DNA from: Epithemia pelagica
Taxonomy: Eukaryota; Protista; Bacillariophyta
Direction: 5' to 3'
Assembly: GCA_946965045.2 (NCBI GenBank)
Contig: OX337230.1
Span: 4,305,364 to 4,369,363 of the forward strand
DNA: 64,000 nucleotides
Part shown: positions 44,957-57,100 of the stretch, piece after piece
Numbering within the stretch: the first letter of the stretch is position 1
Layout of the letters: every line of letters starts with the position of its first letter
The notes under the pieces: model-generated
The model's database searches: none
The model's input: only the letters and a program-made list of their open reading frames with translations
Told to the model about the DNA's origin: nothing
Translations under genes and position numbers: made by a program

Positions 44957-47224
44957 TCACGTGGATGTTTCATCCTGTTCGTTCGTTGGTGGAAAGATGG
45001 AAAGAGGCTTGTGTGATGATGAATGTTGCGTTGGATGATGATGCTGCTGCAACCGGCTCGTCAATGTCTCGACTTGATGTTGGAGATCCAACACTTGTTG
45101 TCGCAGTCGAGTGACTTCGTCCGTTGTGGCTGTTGCTTCGTCTTTTGTATCGGGTGTCCCAGCAAGCTCTGCCCTCAGTGACGACATGTCCAACGGAGCG
45201 CCCGAAGAAAGACTGTGGCCCACACCCAAGAATTGCACCGGAGAAGGAATATCGTCGTCGTCCGTCAACGTTACAGACTGTCGCAGGTGTCCTCCATCCA
45301 TGGGATCGCTGGCCTTGAATAGCGGACCAACGTGTTTTTCATAGCGATCAATGCGCATGGATGCCACTTCACGATCGACACCCAAAAAGGAGGTAATCTT
45401 CATGAACATGTGTTTTTCTCGGCCCGTGCTTTTCTCGCCATTCAAGTGGATCAACTCCATTAGGGCAAAGGCAATGACGGCGCGAAAGTCATCGTGAATC
45501 AATCGACCACGTTTCAGTCCTTCCAAATAACGAAACTCCTCCGGATTTGGCCGAATGGCATCCACAACTTGTTCCAGCATCGTGTCGTCCAAGGGAACTT
45601 GATAGACGAGTTCGTATTCGGCCGCAATGGCTTGTCGCATGCGCGTACTCAGGCCTTCCTCGGTCGACAGCGCGACATGAACCATGGCACCGACAAAGAG
45701 TTGACTCAATTCTTGATTCCAGGAATCTCCAATTCGAATGGCCAAGGCATATTGCGACAAGTCACGGCGGAGCTTTTTGGTTCCATTGTTTCGAGGATCA
45801 ATCTTGGCGGCATTATTGCCGGATCGCAGCGGTTCAAAAATGTGGAGTCGATAGGACCGTACCAGTGCCTTGGAAAACTCCAGTCCCCGGACTGAGTTGC
45901 CCTTGTCATTGAGACGCGGCGAAAAGGTGGCATAGCCCAGCACATTGGGAACAATGACCATGAGAGCTCCACTGACCCCGCTCTTGGCCGGCAAGCCCAC
46001 TTCCACGGCAAATCGTCCCGCTTGATCGTACATTCCACACGTCATGGTTTCTGCCAAGACATGTCGGACCACCTCGGGAGGAAAAACGACTTGTCGTGTC
46101 AAGGGACACACACCGCCATTGGCAAAGGTGGCAGCCGCCACAGACAAGGCTTGGACCGTCATTTCAATGGAACAACAGCCCAAATACACATTCAACATTT
46201 TGTGTATATCCACATTGCGAGGAAGCCCCCGGCGACCCTTGAGATTGTAGGCAATGGCAATGTTGTTGTAGGCCGTTTCCCGTTCCGACTCAAAGGTTTC
46301 TTGCGAAAACCCAATTTCACCATCTTGACCACACAATTGATACCACGTAGTTCGAATCTTGTTGACACAGTCCATCCATGTGGTAGTTTCATCCTCCTCC
46401 TCATCGTCATTGCCAAACTGGGAAGTGAACAAGCCCGCCGCCATAATGGCACCCGAGTTGACACTGGCGTTGAAGGGTCGATTGGTTCCGACTTCCAAAT
46501 CTTGTGTATTAAAGGGTCGTCCGGCTGGTTCTGTACTGATCCACTCGTCCACCTCATCTTCACCTTCCTGTTGCAAACACAAGGCATAGGTAACTGGCTT
46601 GCTGACCGATTGAATGGAAAAGGCATGAGTGGCATCGTGGCCATCTCCAAACCAACAGCGCTGACCATCGACCGTACAAAAGGCGGCCGCCCATCGTTCG
46701 GGATTGGCATTCTTCAACACGTCAATATATTGTGCCGTCTGACCGGTTGTAAAGGGTCGTGCCTTTTCAAAATGGTAGGCCATGTCGGCGGTAAAGGACT
46801 TCCAATCTGGAATGACCAATTCTTCACTGAATGCGGCCACCAACAAGAGTGCTTCCGGTGCAATCCATTGCACAAAGTCGTCACTGTTCAAAGGCACTTG
46901 ACGAATCGCCTCTTGTTCCTGGACCGTCGGTAAAGGAGGAGGACAATTCTGTGGCAAGGATGTCGAGGATTCAGTTTCTGGACGAGTAGTAGGCTCTATC
47001 GTCGGCAATCCAGCCATTTGCCAGGCCACTTGTCGAAGGGTTTCGAATCGAGCATCTCTCCAAAAGAACAAGCCTTCTTCTTGCAAGGAATCAATGACAT
47101 GTCCAATTGTCAAGTCATGAATGCTGTGGCAAATGCGTCGTTCATGGACCAAGTGATGATAGACCAGCTTGAGAGGCGACGTCGTCGTTGTATCATTCTC
47201 GGCTGCTGTTTCACGTTGCGCCAT
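44957..47224 (-). CDS. glsA: Glutaminase with an extended C-terminal domain
   Basis: GQTAQYIDVL, FSIQSVSKP (SxxK), EPAGRPFN, PFNASVNSGAI, MYDQAGRFAVEVGLPAKSGVSG, GNSVRG. ~250 extra C-terminal residues ending in a coiled coil. Confidence 0.92.
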   Translation of the reverse strand: MAQRETAAENDTTTTSPLKLVYHHLVHERRICHSIHDLTIGHVIDSLQEEGLFFWRDARFETLRQVAWQMAGLPTIEPTTRPETESSTSLPQNCPPPLPTVQEQEAIRQVPLNSDDFVQWIAPEALLLVAAFSEELVIPDWKSFTADMAYHFEKARPFTTGQTAQYIDVLKNANPERWAAAFCTVDGQRCWFGDGHDATHAFSIQSVSKPVTYALCLQQEGEDEVDEWISTEPAGRPFNTQDLEVGTNRPFNASVNSGAIMAAGLFTSQFGNDDEEEDETTTWMDCVNKIRTTWYQLCGQDGEIGFSQETFESERETAYNNIAIAYNLKGRRGLPRNVDIHKMLNVYLGCCSIEMTVQALSVAAATFANGGVCPLTRQVVFPPEVVRHVLAETMTCGMYDQAGRFAVEVGLPAKSGVSGALMVIVPNVLGYATFSPRLNDKGNSVRGLEFSKALVRSYRLHIFEPLRSGNNAAKIDPRNNGTKKLRRDLSQYALAIRIGDSWNQELSQLFVGAMVHVALSTEEGLSTRMRQAIAAEYELVYQVPLDDTMLEQVVDAIRPNPEEFRYLEGLKRGRLIHDDFRAVIAFALMELIHLNGEKSTGREKHMFMKITSFLGVDREVASMRIDRYEKHVGPLFKASDPMDGGHLRQSVTLTDDDDIPSPVQFLGVGHSLSSGAPLDMSSLRAELAGTPDTKDEATATTDEVTRLRQQVLDLQHQVETLTSRLQQHHHPTQHSSSHKPLSIFPPTNEQDETST

Positions 47225-48370
47225 GGTGGTGACTGCTCAAGCTCCCAACTTGTTTCAACAAGTTACACTCCTGCTTTTGCTTTGTATTGTCGTTGCTAGA
47301 TGTTTGTGTTGCTGGCCCGAACCCTTCCACGAACGACGGCAGGACGCCATGGTCGTCGGTCCAAAGATTTCTTTTTCCCTCCGCGAATCTTTTTTCTCGG
47401 TCGTCGTCGTACGTCTTGAATGACACACGTGACAGCAGGGGTACGCTGGTTGTTCTTTGGTCATTCCAATTCCAACCAACACACGGACACTCGGTAGCTC
47501 CATCCAACACAGAGAACACGTACGCACTCCGTATCACCAACCACCATCGATCAGCCTTCAGAATCCACCAATCATCCGCATCGCTCGCTGCTCAATTCTC
47601 ACACAGACAGTTCGTTCGGCTGGGACAGCGACACGGTAGTGTCTCGAGGGCAGCTTGTGTTTTTGTGTCTTTGAGACCCTGCCATGAAAGGGCTCGTGGT
47701 GTGTTGGTCGGGAAAGGATGCAATGACGCAAGTACCGTGTCACAGGGACGGAATGCCTTCTCGTACATTCGCTTGAAAGGCCCGCCACAGTACCCGAGAC
47801 AGTACCGGGAACGGTACTCAAAGCGTTTTTGCAGACTGGGCTATTCGTGGCATTCTACTGATTCGGTGTAGAGTCCCATCCTCGTCACCATCCCACGTGG
47901 TTGCGTGGAATCCTTGTGTTCTCCCCAGCTGCCTGTGGATTGCGTAGGTTGTCTACCAGTGACGTCATGAGATGTCAGCGATGAGGCCACGTCGTCTCAC
48001 GCTACAATACTACGAGAGAATACCGTTCGAGTTTTTTGGGGAGGATTAGTACGAGATACCAGTACCACCACGTTGTGGTTTCTCATCCTGGTCGTTGCTG
48101 TTCGAAACTCTCGTTGGTGGTTGGTGGTCGTTGGTTTGACAGTTGCTGGGCCGTGTGAGTTACATAGCGAGTGCGTGACAGTCTTTTTCGAAACAACTCG
48201 CACAAAAGACCAAACTTGTGTTGTTGTCGTCATTCTCTCTCATCTGTTTTTTGAGTTTGCCTTGCAGTGTCTTTTCGTTGTTGCGGCCTCGAATCTCTCT
48301 CTCTTCACAATCTTGTTGAATTGTCTCCTGTCGTTTGAATTGGATTGACCTTCCCAAACCGAATCGCACC

Positions 48371-48955
48371 ATGTTCAAGCTTTCTTTGATTGCCATCTTT
48401 TTGCTCAGTTTGATCCACCATGTCGCTTCGTACGGCTTGATGGTGGCCCCTGATATCGACCAAAAGCGTCGTACTCGCGTCCATCCCTACTCGGATGAAT
48501 TCTACCGTTACGGTGGCGGCTACTACGACAACTACGCCTACTCGCCCCGTCGTTTGGGCTGGGGCGACGACTACGGCTACGGCGTCTACAACAATTACTA
48601 CGGCAACAACCGCCGATTGGGATGGAACCGTGACTACTATGGCGGCGGCTATGGTGGATACGGAGGATATGGCGGTTATGGTGGATATGGCGGCGGCTAT
48701 GGTCGTTACGGACGTGGCTACTATGGCAACCGTCGTTTGGGATGGGACCGTGATTACTATGGCGGATACGGAGGATATGGTGGATACGGCGGCTATGGCG
48801 GATACGGATCCAACTACTACTACAATCCCTACACCTACTCCAACAGCGGCTGGGGAAACTCCAAGTACACCTACAATGAGCGAACGGGAACTTTTGGATA
48901 CACTCCCTACTCCACCGACTACCATGAGGGTGGCTACTACGGCAACTACTATTGA
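48371..48955 (+). CDS. Secreted Gly/Tyr-rich repeat protein with three RRLGW motifs
   Basis: Hydrophobic N-terminus MFKLSLIAIFLLSLIHHVAS (signal-peptide-like), (GGY)n arrays, and RRLGWGDDY / RRLGWNRDYY / RRLGWDRDYY. Confidence 0.75.
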   Translation: MFKLSLIAIFLLSLIHHVASYGLMVAPDIDQKRRTRVHPYSDEFYRYGGGYYDNYAYSPRRLGWGDDYGYGVYNNYYGNNRRLGWNRDYYGGGYGGYGGYGGYGGYGGGYGRYGRGYYGNRRLGWDRDYYGGYGGYGGYGGYGGYGSNYYYNPYTYSNSGWGNSKYTYNERTGTFGYTPYSTDYHEGGYYGNYY

Positions 48956-49498
48956 GAACAACAAGAAGATGCTGTGGGGAAACACGATGCGTCGTGATGG
49001 AACAGGAACACCAAGGGTGGACGATCCATATGCTGCTTTACCTCCTCCTCAAGTCCTCAAGATGATCAGATGGATACGACGGGCTGTGCCTACATGTTTT
49101 GGAGCTCTTTCACTTTATTATTATATATAGTACTTTTACCAAGAATAGCAACTGTGATGTATAATCTCCCTTGTCTTCTCTAGTAGAGAACTGCGAACGG
49201 CATAATGGATGGCAAACCCAGCCTCTCGTATCGCCATGGAAGAGAACATCATGGTTGGTCAACGAAAAAGTCGTCGAACATCACACCATGTTCTCATGAT
49301 GGGTTTGAATTCACCACAACGTACGATGGTCAGACACGACAGAACGCGGAACTGCGCCAGGATTGTCGCTGGGGCGTGCGTCACGCGCTTCGCTTGACAC
49401 GTCTCTCGACAGACACAGCGACAGAAGAATCTTGAAGATCTTCTTTTCCTGTCAACACCATGCTACAATGATCACATGGTCCATTCCGATTTGGATGC

Positions 49499-50353
49499 AT
49501 GTATCAGTTCCTGGCAATGACCATTGGTGGCTGTTGGTTGCTTACGGTTACAGCAGCAGGAAGATCAGTGCTTTGTTGTTTTCCGACAAAACCTCTTTCT
49601 TTCACCGCCTGTTCACAGTTTCCTCGAGCACCTTTCCTGTCGCCTGCTGCCAAAAAGAGGACCCGATTCATCACTCGTCAAACATTTGCCATGCCAACGA
49701 CTCGAGCTGCAACGAAGCGAACACCGACCGACCCTTCCTCTCCAGAACCAGAACCACCACAAAAAAAGAACAAGCCAACGACGAATGAAGCGACCGAACC
49801 AACCGATTCGAAAACAGCTTCTGGTTGTTCGACAACAGGAACAACAAACTACTTTTTGCTCAAATCGGAACCAGATGAATTCTCCATTCATCAATTGGCC
49901 GACGCCCAACGGGAGGAATGGGATGGCGTTCGCAATTATGCGGCTCGCAATACTCTGCAATCCATGCGGGTGGGCGATCAGTGTTGGTTTTATCATTCGA
50001 GTTGTCCCACACCGGCCATTGTCGGCAAGTGTCGGATTGTCCGACAAGCCATTCCCGATGTCACGGCCTATCAAGATGTCAACCACAAGAATTATGATTC
50101 CAAATCCACCAAGGACAATTGTCGATGGGTCTCGGTTCTGGTCGAATTCGATTCCATGGCCCAAGTGCCACTGACACTCAAGGAACTCAAGCATCAGGCG
50201 ACACACCACAACAACTCCATTCTGGCCAATATGATGCTGCTGAAACGCAGTCGGCTCAGTGTCATGCCCATTACTCCAGCGGAATGGTCCGAACTGGAAG
50301 ACTTGATGAAACGCAAGGTCAATGGTGAGGACTTGTTGTCGTCGTCGAACTGA
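49499..50353 (+). CDS. EVE-domain (THYN1-like) protein
   Basis: YFLLKSEPDEFSI, WDGVRNYAARN, MRVGDQCWFYHS, SRLSVMPIT..EW. Start may be 49499 or 49691. Confidence 0.9.
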   Translation: MYQFLAMTIGGCWLLTVTAAGRSVLCCFPTKPLSFTACSQFPRAPFLSPAAKKRTRFITRQTFAMPTTRAATKRTPTDPSSPEPEPPQKKNKPTTNEATEPTDSKTASGCSTTGTTNYFLLKSEPDEFSIHQLADAQREEWDGVRNYAARNTLQSMRVGDQCWFYHSSCPTPAIVGKCRIVRQAIPDVTAYQDVNHKNYDSKSTKDNCRWVSVLVEFDSMAQVPLTLKELKHQATHHNNSILANMMLLKRSRLSVMPITPAEWSELEDLMKRKVNGEDLLSSSN

Positions 50354-51445
50354 CCATTTTGCCTGCACAGTACTTGGAATTCTCTACCAGTAATGTCTGC
50401 GAAATCAAAGCGCGCTGTGACACGTGAGGAGTGGCTTCCAGAGCCTTGGGACCATAACGTTCTTCCTTGTCTACTACAAGACCAACAACAACCACAATGG
50501 GTTACCTTGAATGCCTCGCACACCAGCACCATGACAACAGGACGAGCGCATTCGTCAAACTCGTGTGCGATAAAACTGTTTCACGAGACGGTCTGCCAAT
50601 CCGGTACCTGCTACTCCTTCTAGGTACAGACAAGTTGCTATTAGTTGCTGTCCATCAAGTAACAGCAGCTTTCAAATATCTATTTAGCTTGAGCTTTCTT
50701 GGTTCGGACAAGTAACAACAAGTAAAGTAACAGCAAGTATAAAATGATTACACACTTTGGTGGATAGGATTATGCCGGGTCGTTCAAAAGAGCGCTTTGA
50801 TGATGGTTTGTTTCAAAGTCTGAGAGACATTATGTTGCCGCGTGTAGCACTGTTATCTTTTTTCGAAGTTGAATGGGCCTTGGAAATGGTCGTCCGTCAG
50901 GGAGTTCTCGTGTTCCGGAAGAAAGCGCTCGGGTTTCTGAAAATGGAAATTATGCCTCGTGGATTTTTCTCACAATATTCGTTAGAATCTTGACCATATT
51001 TTATGCCCGTCGGGTCAAAGCCCGCAGGTCGGACTTTTAGCTTTGTCGGGCTCGCGGATCATGCGCTTCGAATTTATTCTTCAGTGTACAAGCCCATTCG
51101 TGATTCGTGAATGTGAAAATAGATTTTTCGAGCCTTCCCACCTCCCAAAGTATTTTTTTGTCGACCAGTTTTGTAAAAACGATTTGAACGGGAACAAGAC
51201 GATTTTTGACAATATCCAAACCTTATCGGTACAACAGGATCCACTCGGGTACCGCAAGACACACCCCGACATGACCAGAGACTTTTGGCACGTCGAGCAA
51301 TAATCGCGACGAGAAAGCAACCACACCATGTTACAGCTGGGTCTGCTGTCGGTTCATGTTTTCTTGTTGATGTTGGCCTTTTGTGGAACTCTCGAACAGT
51401 GCCAAAGGAACCCCAACTCTCTCTTGAAGACCATTGATTTTGGAA

Positions 51446-54115
51446 ATGAGTTCGACACCTCCTCCTTCTTCCAATAAGAATAACGAGAACGAATCCAGTG
51501 GCACCTCCTCCTCCTTGCCCTTTTTTGCCGATGCCACATTGGATTTGGACACGGCTCATGATTTGGCCGAAACACCTGATGTCACACAACGATCCATTGT
51601 CCGAATTCCACCGCTCCAGCAGCTAGAACATCCACAGCGACAACCACAACATCAACAAGGGGACACTACGGATTTGGGGCAAGCCAGTGCATCATCTTCC
51701 ACCACCAACCGAGATCCTCCGATCCTTCCAGCCTTGCAGCCGGGAGCTGCTTCGGATTTCAACGCACCTCCACCAGCATGGCGGTCTCCTTCCGCCTCGT
51801 CGAATCGAGAGGGAGGAATAAGTGCTCCAATTGCACGCGAGGAGCAGGACCCGCAAGGACTTGAACCAGCCATATCGGGAAACCCATTATTTTTGGCAGG
51901 TGAAGAGGCTCTCACGATGGAAGGATCCGATCTTCACGAAATGGTGGATGACATGGACGCAGACGATCTAGATGCCGAGCATGCACCGGCACTGGAATTG
52001 AAGCGCATTACGGGTGGCGTTGCTAGGGGTGCAACACAATCCGCCACAACTCCCCATTCGACCCAGCACGGAGATACGACGCTTGCATCGGTCCCCAAAC
52101 AACGTCCTCGGTGGCCTCGTGACTTATCGTGGGCCGTGGCCTTTTGCATGTTTGTTCCGTTGTCGCTCTTGTGGCCAATTTGGATGGAACAAGTTCACTA
52201 TAGCCCCGATTTCTCATCCTCATCATGGGTGGCCTTGGTTCATCCACCCTTGAGTACAGCAACAATGCACGCATTGTGGTGGGGAACGGTCGCTACGTTT
52301 TTCCTGAGTCGTTGGTTCTATCGTACCGCACCAGGACCGGATGGCGAGGAAGCGCGACATGCTCTCACGCAAGTGTTGGTGGGTGCCGCCACTGCTTGTA
52401 CAATGATTTCGCTCGTCTTGGTGATTACGGTGTGGGTGTGGTTACCTCATGCTCGTGTGGCTGTGTTGTTGCCACTTTGGTTTGCCTTGCATCATGTCGT
52501 TTGGTGGATGCGGCATGTTCGGCAATCCTTTCGTGGGCGCTTGTTCATGGGAGAACGACGGGTCCATGCGGCGTCACTGTCGACTGCCGGTGGTGTCACC
52601 GACTCCCACAATGCGGATATGGCTTACTTTCAAGCTTTGGCCAACATGGCCTTGGATTTGCTGAGTCAATCCTTGCGTCGAGCGTCTTTTCTACGAGTTT
52701 TGTCGGCTATCCTCATGGTCCAAACCATGGTCTTGTTTCTTTGGAGATGGGCCTTGCTGGGTGCTTTGGCAACCATTGCCACGACAAATTCATCCCTATG
52801 GTCGTGGCTATGCTTTTTGGCGGCTCTTGTGGGAGGCAAGTGGGCGACAGGGACTGTCACGAGACTTTTAACGCTCGTGGCCAGTGGTGGCGTCTTGCAC
52901 TGGGCTCTGCAACAACCATCGCAATGGCAACCGCGCCTAGCTACAGATCCAGCGCACGAACCATCCAATCGAAGCAACGGGGCAGATGTGGAAAGCAATC
53001 CTTCCTCCAAAAGCAATGTAGACATGCCGGAAGCCTACCGTACAGTTCACGCCGATGTATATCAAAGCGTGATGCTTCATGTGCAGGACTTGGAGGATGA
53101 CGATGAAGAAGATGAGGACGAATATTTCTGGGAGAGCAACAATTCCAGCAGCTCAAATTCCGCCACACAACGACGCAACAACAATACTTTTGCACGGCCA
53201 CCCTATACCTCTGTGCGCTCCTCTCCAGCAACCAATTCTTCGACCCCTACAGCAACAAGTGTCAAGGCCCTCGTCATGTCAGGTTTGACGACAAGTTTTG
53301 GATCCGTGGTCTATTGTGGATTGGTTGGCGGTGTAGCCCAGCTCTTATGGAGTCAACTGCGAAAAATGGATGCCGCCAAAGCCCATTCACAATCGCTGTG
53401 GCGAGCATGGCAGCGACAACGAGAACGCCGACTGCAACAACAAGGACAGCAGAGGTCGCAGGATTCTGCAGAACCAATGAGTTCCACCAGTTCCGAGTCA
53501 ATACATTGGCCAGACTCCTCACGGCAAGGCTTTACATCCATGCCGATAGGAAGTAGTCATACTACGAGTACGGCGACTTCATTGTGGGGACGCTTGAAAA
53601 CCGTTTTGGTCGACTCGATATGGAACGGAGGATTGATTGGGCTTAGTCGATCGTTTGTCCGAGACCATTCGGACTGGGCCATGGCCCACGTTGCAGTTTA
53701 CTACAAACCCTACTGTCGTGCCGCACGAGACGTGGCTGCCCTGGTTCAACAAGCGGGCGTCGAACCTATTTTGGAGCAGCAAGATGTCACGACACATTTG
53801 TGCGCGAGTCTTGGAGGAAGTTTATCGGGTCTCATTGTCTTGGTGGCAGCCTACGTACTGTTACAAGAACAGGGCAGTTCCGAAAACTCGTCGTCCTCTC
53901 CGCACAAAATGTCGGATGCACAAATATTTCAAGATATGGTATTGGCCTTTGTGTTGTGCTACACCTTGATTTTTACAGTGTTGGAACCACTGCGAGCAAG
54001 TATCAAGGCCATTTATGTTTCCTTTGCGCAACACCCAACCAGCTTAGCTCGTGCCTATCCACTGATATATCAACGATTACGACGAATATCACAAGACCAC
54101 AGCACCAACTCATAG
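51446..54115 (+). CDS. Multi-pass membrane protein, choline transporter-like (CTL/PNS1) family
   Basis: About 9-10 hydrophobic segments; TTSFGSVVYCGL, AHVAVYYKPYCRAARD, AIYVSFAQHP..L...YP resemble CTL-family C-terminal motifs. Confidence 0.65.
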   Translation: MSSTPPPSSNKNNENESSGTSSSLPFFADATLDLDTAHDLAETPDVTQRSIVRIPPLQQLEHPQRQPQHQQGDTTDLGQASASSSTTNRDPPILPALQPGAASDFNAPPPAWRSPSASSNREGGISAPIAREEQDPQGLEPAISGNPLFLAGEEALTMEGSDLHEMVDDMDADDLDAEHAPALELKRITGGVARGATQSATTPHSTQHGDTTLASVPKQRPRWPRDLSWAVAFCMFVPLSLLWPIWMEQVHYSPDFSSSSWVALVHPPLSTATMHALWWGTVATFFLSRWFYRTAPGPDGEEARHALTQVLVGAATACTMISLVLVITVWVWLPHARVAVLLPLWFALHHVVWWMRHVRQSFRGRLFMGERRVHAASLSTAGGVTDSHNADMAYFQALANMALDLLSQSLRRASFLRVLSAILMVQTMVLFLWRWALLGALATIATTNSSLWSWLCFLAALVGGKWATGTVTRLLTLVASGGVLHWALQQPSQWQPRLATDPAHEPSNRSNGADVESNPSSKSNVDMPEAYRTVHADVYQSVMLHVQDLEDDDEEDEDEYFWESNNSSSSNSATQRRNNNTFARPPYTSVRSSPATNSSTPTATSVKALVMSGLTTSFGSVVYCGLVGGVAQLLWSQLRKMDAAKAHSQSLWRAWQRQRERRLQQQGQQRSQDSAEPMSSTSSESIHWPDSSRQGFTSMPIGSSHTTSTATSLWGRLKTVLVDSIWNGGLIGLSRSFVRDHSDWAMAHVAVYYKPYCRAARDVAALVQQAGVEPILEQQDVTTHLCASLGGSLSGLIVLVAAYVLLQEQGSSENSSSSPHKMSDAQIFQDMVLAFVLCYTLIFTVLEPLRASIKAIYVSFAQHPTSLARAYPLIYQRLRRISQDHSTNS

Positions 54116-57100
54116 AGTCAGTCTAGAACTAGTCTACTCCTAGTAGTTATGGAATAACACATATAAGGCGACAGTTCGACACGCATACTTGCCCTGCTAT
54201 CGCATGTGGCACTTTTGCATTCATAGGGGTGGAAGAGAAATTTATGATTCCCCGAGAGAACCATCGAGATGAACATCAATCGGTTTTTTGGACAGTTGGC
54301 GGCCATCATGGTGTGACTTCGGGGCTGACTTGAACAACTACGAGAACTTTTTTCGCACTCTCCACCTCTCATCAGTTTCCACGTCTACGTTCCACGGGTC
54401 GCAAAAAAAGCTAGCTGCGAAAGCCTAAAAAGCTTTTCCACGCGCGTTGCTACTCATTACAAATACTGTTGAAACCGATCAGTCTTCGTGCTGTACAGCT
54501 AAAGCAAACAAAATATGGCTACGATAGTGGCCGGAAATTGGGCGATCTAGCTAGCTATCGGCGAGCTCTAGCCCCTCGCCAGTCGCTCGTATCGTTGGCA
54601 GATAAAGTAGTCACTTCTTTGATTTGGACGATTTTTCATCCAGTATCGGTGTCGTTTCTTGGTTTATCAGACCCAAGTCTCTGAGAGTTCACCATGAGTT
54701 GAGGCCTGGGAAGGTCCAAATATCCAGCCTGGGAAGGTCGCGAGAATATCTGGATGAGTCCGCTCGGAGGGTTCATTCGCCCAAGAACTCCTCACTCGTA
54801 ATACTCTTCCTTCAGCGGGGAATTGAGTGGTGAGGAGGAATGTGTGGTCTGCTGTTGCGCACATATTCGGGCAAACGGCGGACGCGCCAAGCCTCTTCCC
54901 GTTGGGAGGTATGCAATATGAAAGAGTGCCCATTGCGGATGCGTTCGGTTATTAATCGACGTACGCCGTTTTTCTACATTGTTGGAGTTCCAAGTTGAAC
55001 GTGCCGCATGTAGATCACTCAACGGACGGTGCTTCATTGTGAGCCCGTTGTTCAACTCGATGATCGGACATACACACCAGAAGTCACAAAGAAAGTTTGG
55101 TGCTGACGAAGGAAGTCGCACACTGCGAAAGTGCAGAAGAGGATGCACTATAGAGGTACAAAATTGGACAGTAAGCAAATGTCTGTCGACGACAGGGGAC
55201 TCTGTGTCTCCTTTCGTAAGTGAGCCCCTTTTGCGGGCTGAGCATGGATGATTTAATCCATGATTGCTTGTGCGGTGCAAGCAGAGAGCGCATTGTGCTT
55301 GTACTGCAATCGATTGTTGAATCTTGAGATCACGCAGTGTTCTGGGTTTGATGGTGCCATGGATGGCGATTCCCATATAATTTGTTTTATCTGTGGATTG
55401 GGTGCATGTATGATGCACTGTCTACGAGATAAACAGACAACAAGAGTTGAAGATAAGATTCTGCTCGTTCGGCAGTTGGTGTGCTGAGTATGAGATCATG
55501 AATTGATCTGTTGTTTTTGTGGCATTGATAATGCCCTTTTCTCATGCCATGGACTTTTGGCATTGTTCCTAAAGGAAAGAAGCAGTCAAGCTTAATATTC
55601 GGCATATCTTATGCCTGTTGCTGAGTACAACAGCCGTCAAATTATGATGGTGGCATGATTGGTCTATTTTGTGCTGGTGGTATCCATGAGGTTTGGTTTA
55701 CCATCGATATTTTGGCGACGTGGTTGTCATGTGTTATGGCAGTCGTTGGGATGAACTTTTGTCATCCATTGTGGAGCAGGGTGAACCCCGAGAGTAACCC
55801 TTCCATTGACTCTGTCCTTGTCTTGGTCAAGAATGATTGCTATGGAACAAATCGGTGACTTGCTCTATGCATGTCTTGTTCTCTTCTCTGTGAGGTCGTG
55901 ATGAGGCCCTGTTGAGTGCTGAGGGAAGTATCAGCATCATGGGGCTGAGTATTGTTGACTGTTTTTTTTCCTATGGGTTACGAATCCTAAGTTGTTCGTT
56001 GAGTCCATATGCTTTGGGCTATCTCTCAAGGATCCTCTGACTTGGATTATCAGAAGTTGGATATGTTGTTGGTCCGAGAACATGCAGTGTTGTTATGCTG
56101 TCAGATGTTAACCACTTATCATTGTCAACGACTGGGTTTGCTTGATTGATGACATGAGAGAGTGACCCGTACCAGACTGGTGGGTGTCGTTTAAGGAAAA
56201 TTATGATTGTTGTGCCTCTGTCTGTTTTGCCCAAATATGGCAGCAGAGGTCAAGCAGTCAAGGTTGTTGGAGTCGGCCTTGTTTGTCATTTAAGTTGCTG
56301 TTCGTACGGCATTTGCTTGGTGCTCTGTTCTATGGAAATTCAAGCAAGAGGATGATGCTTGATGATCAAGCCTTCTGTTGTTAGGTCTCGTTCTGTCTTC
56401 ACAGAACATCCATCGTTGACAGGGGACTCGTCCTATGACCCCTGGGCCATGAGTGAATGGCATGGTAAAAGAGGAAGAAGGAGCATTGCAAGGTTGATTG
56501 TTGTTGTACCCCAGTACAATTCCCATTCAGTCCTTGTCGCATGAGAACTGTGTCTTGTTGGTCGAGATGTTGTGAAGGACCCTTGAAAGGGGACTGATGA
56601 TGTGTTTTATGCATTTGCCTTCTCGCGGTGTGCGGTTGTTGGTATGTCTGTCATGCTATGCTTTGCGTGCCGACATTGCTTCTTGCTATCAGTCGTTGGT
56701 TTCCCACTGTGTTGGCGAAGTCAAATGACTTCCCCTTTGATTACACAAGTCACTGGAGTTTGCCTTGTGGAACTCTGTCTATGGTTGACAGATTCGCCCT
56801 ATGGGTTTGGGCCTAAAGCATCATGGTTTTGCTTGAGCCCGCGTTTTGAAGTTCTAGCTGTTGTTGTGAATGATCGACAAATGGTGGAAGGGTTGTCACG
56901 GCCAAGACTGTTTTGAGGACTATGTTCCTTGCCATCATCGCTATGGCCTATGGTGATTACTCGAGTGTATGTCTCACCCGATTCATGGGAAGACTTGAGA
57001 CTTTACAAGGCTTCTGTTTGGAAGCAAATCTGTTGGGCTTTGGAGAGGCAAGAATGAACGGAACATAACGGAGCTAGGAGACCACGGAAAATTCTACAAG

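Noticed and set aside
48305-49130. Long overlapping ORFs (Val/Ala-rich on minus, Thr/Met-rich on plus)
   Set aside because: Alternative frames of the GGY repeat. Only the Gly/Tyr frame has a signal peptide and coherent motifs, although transcript data would be needed to be certain.
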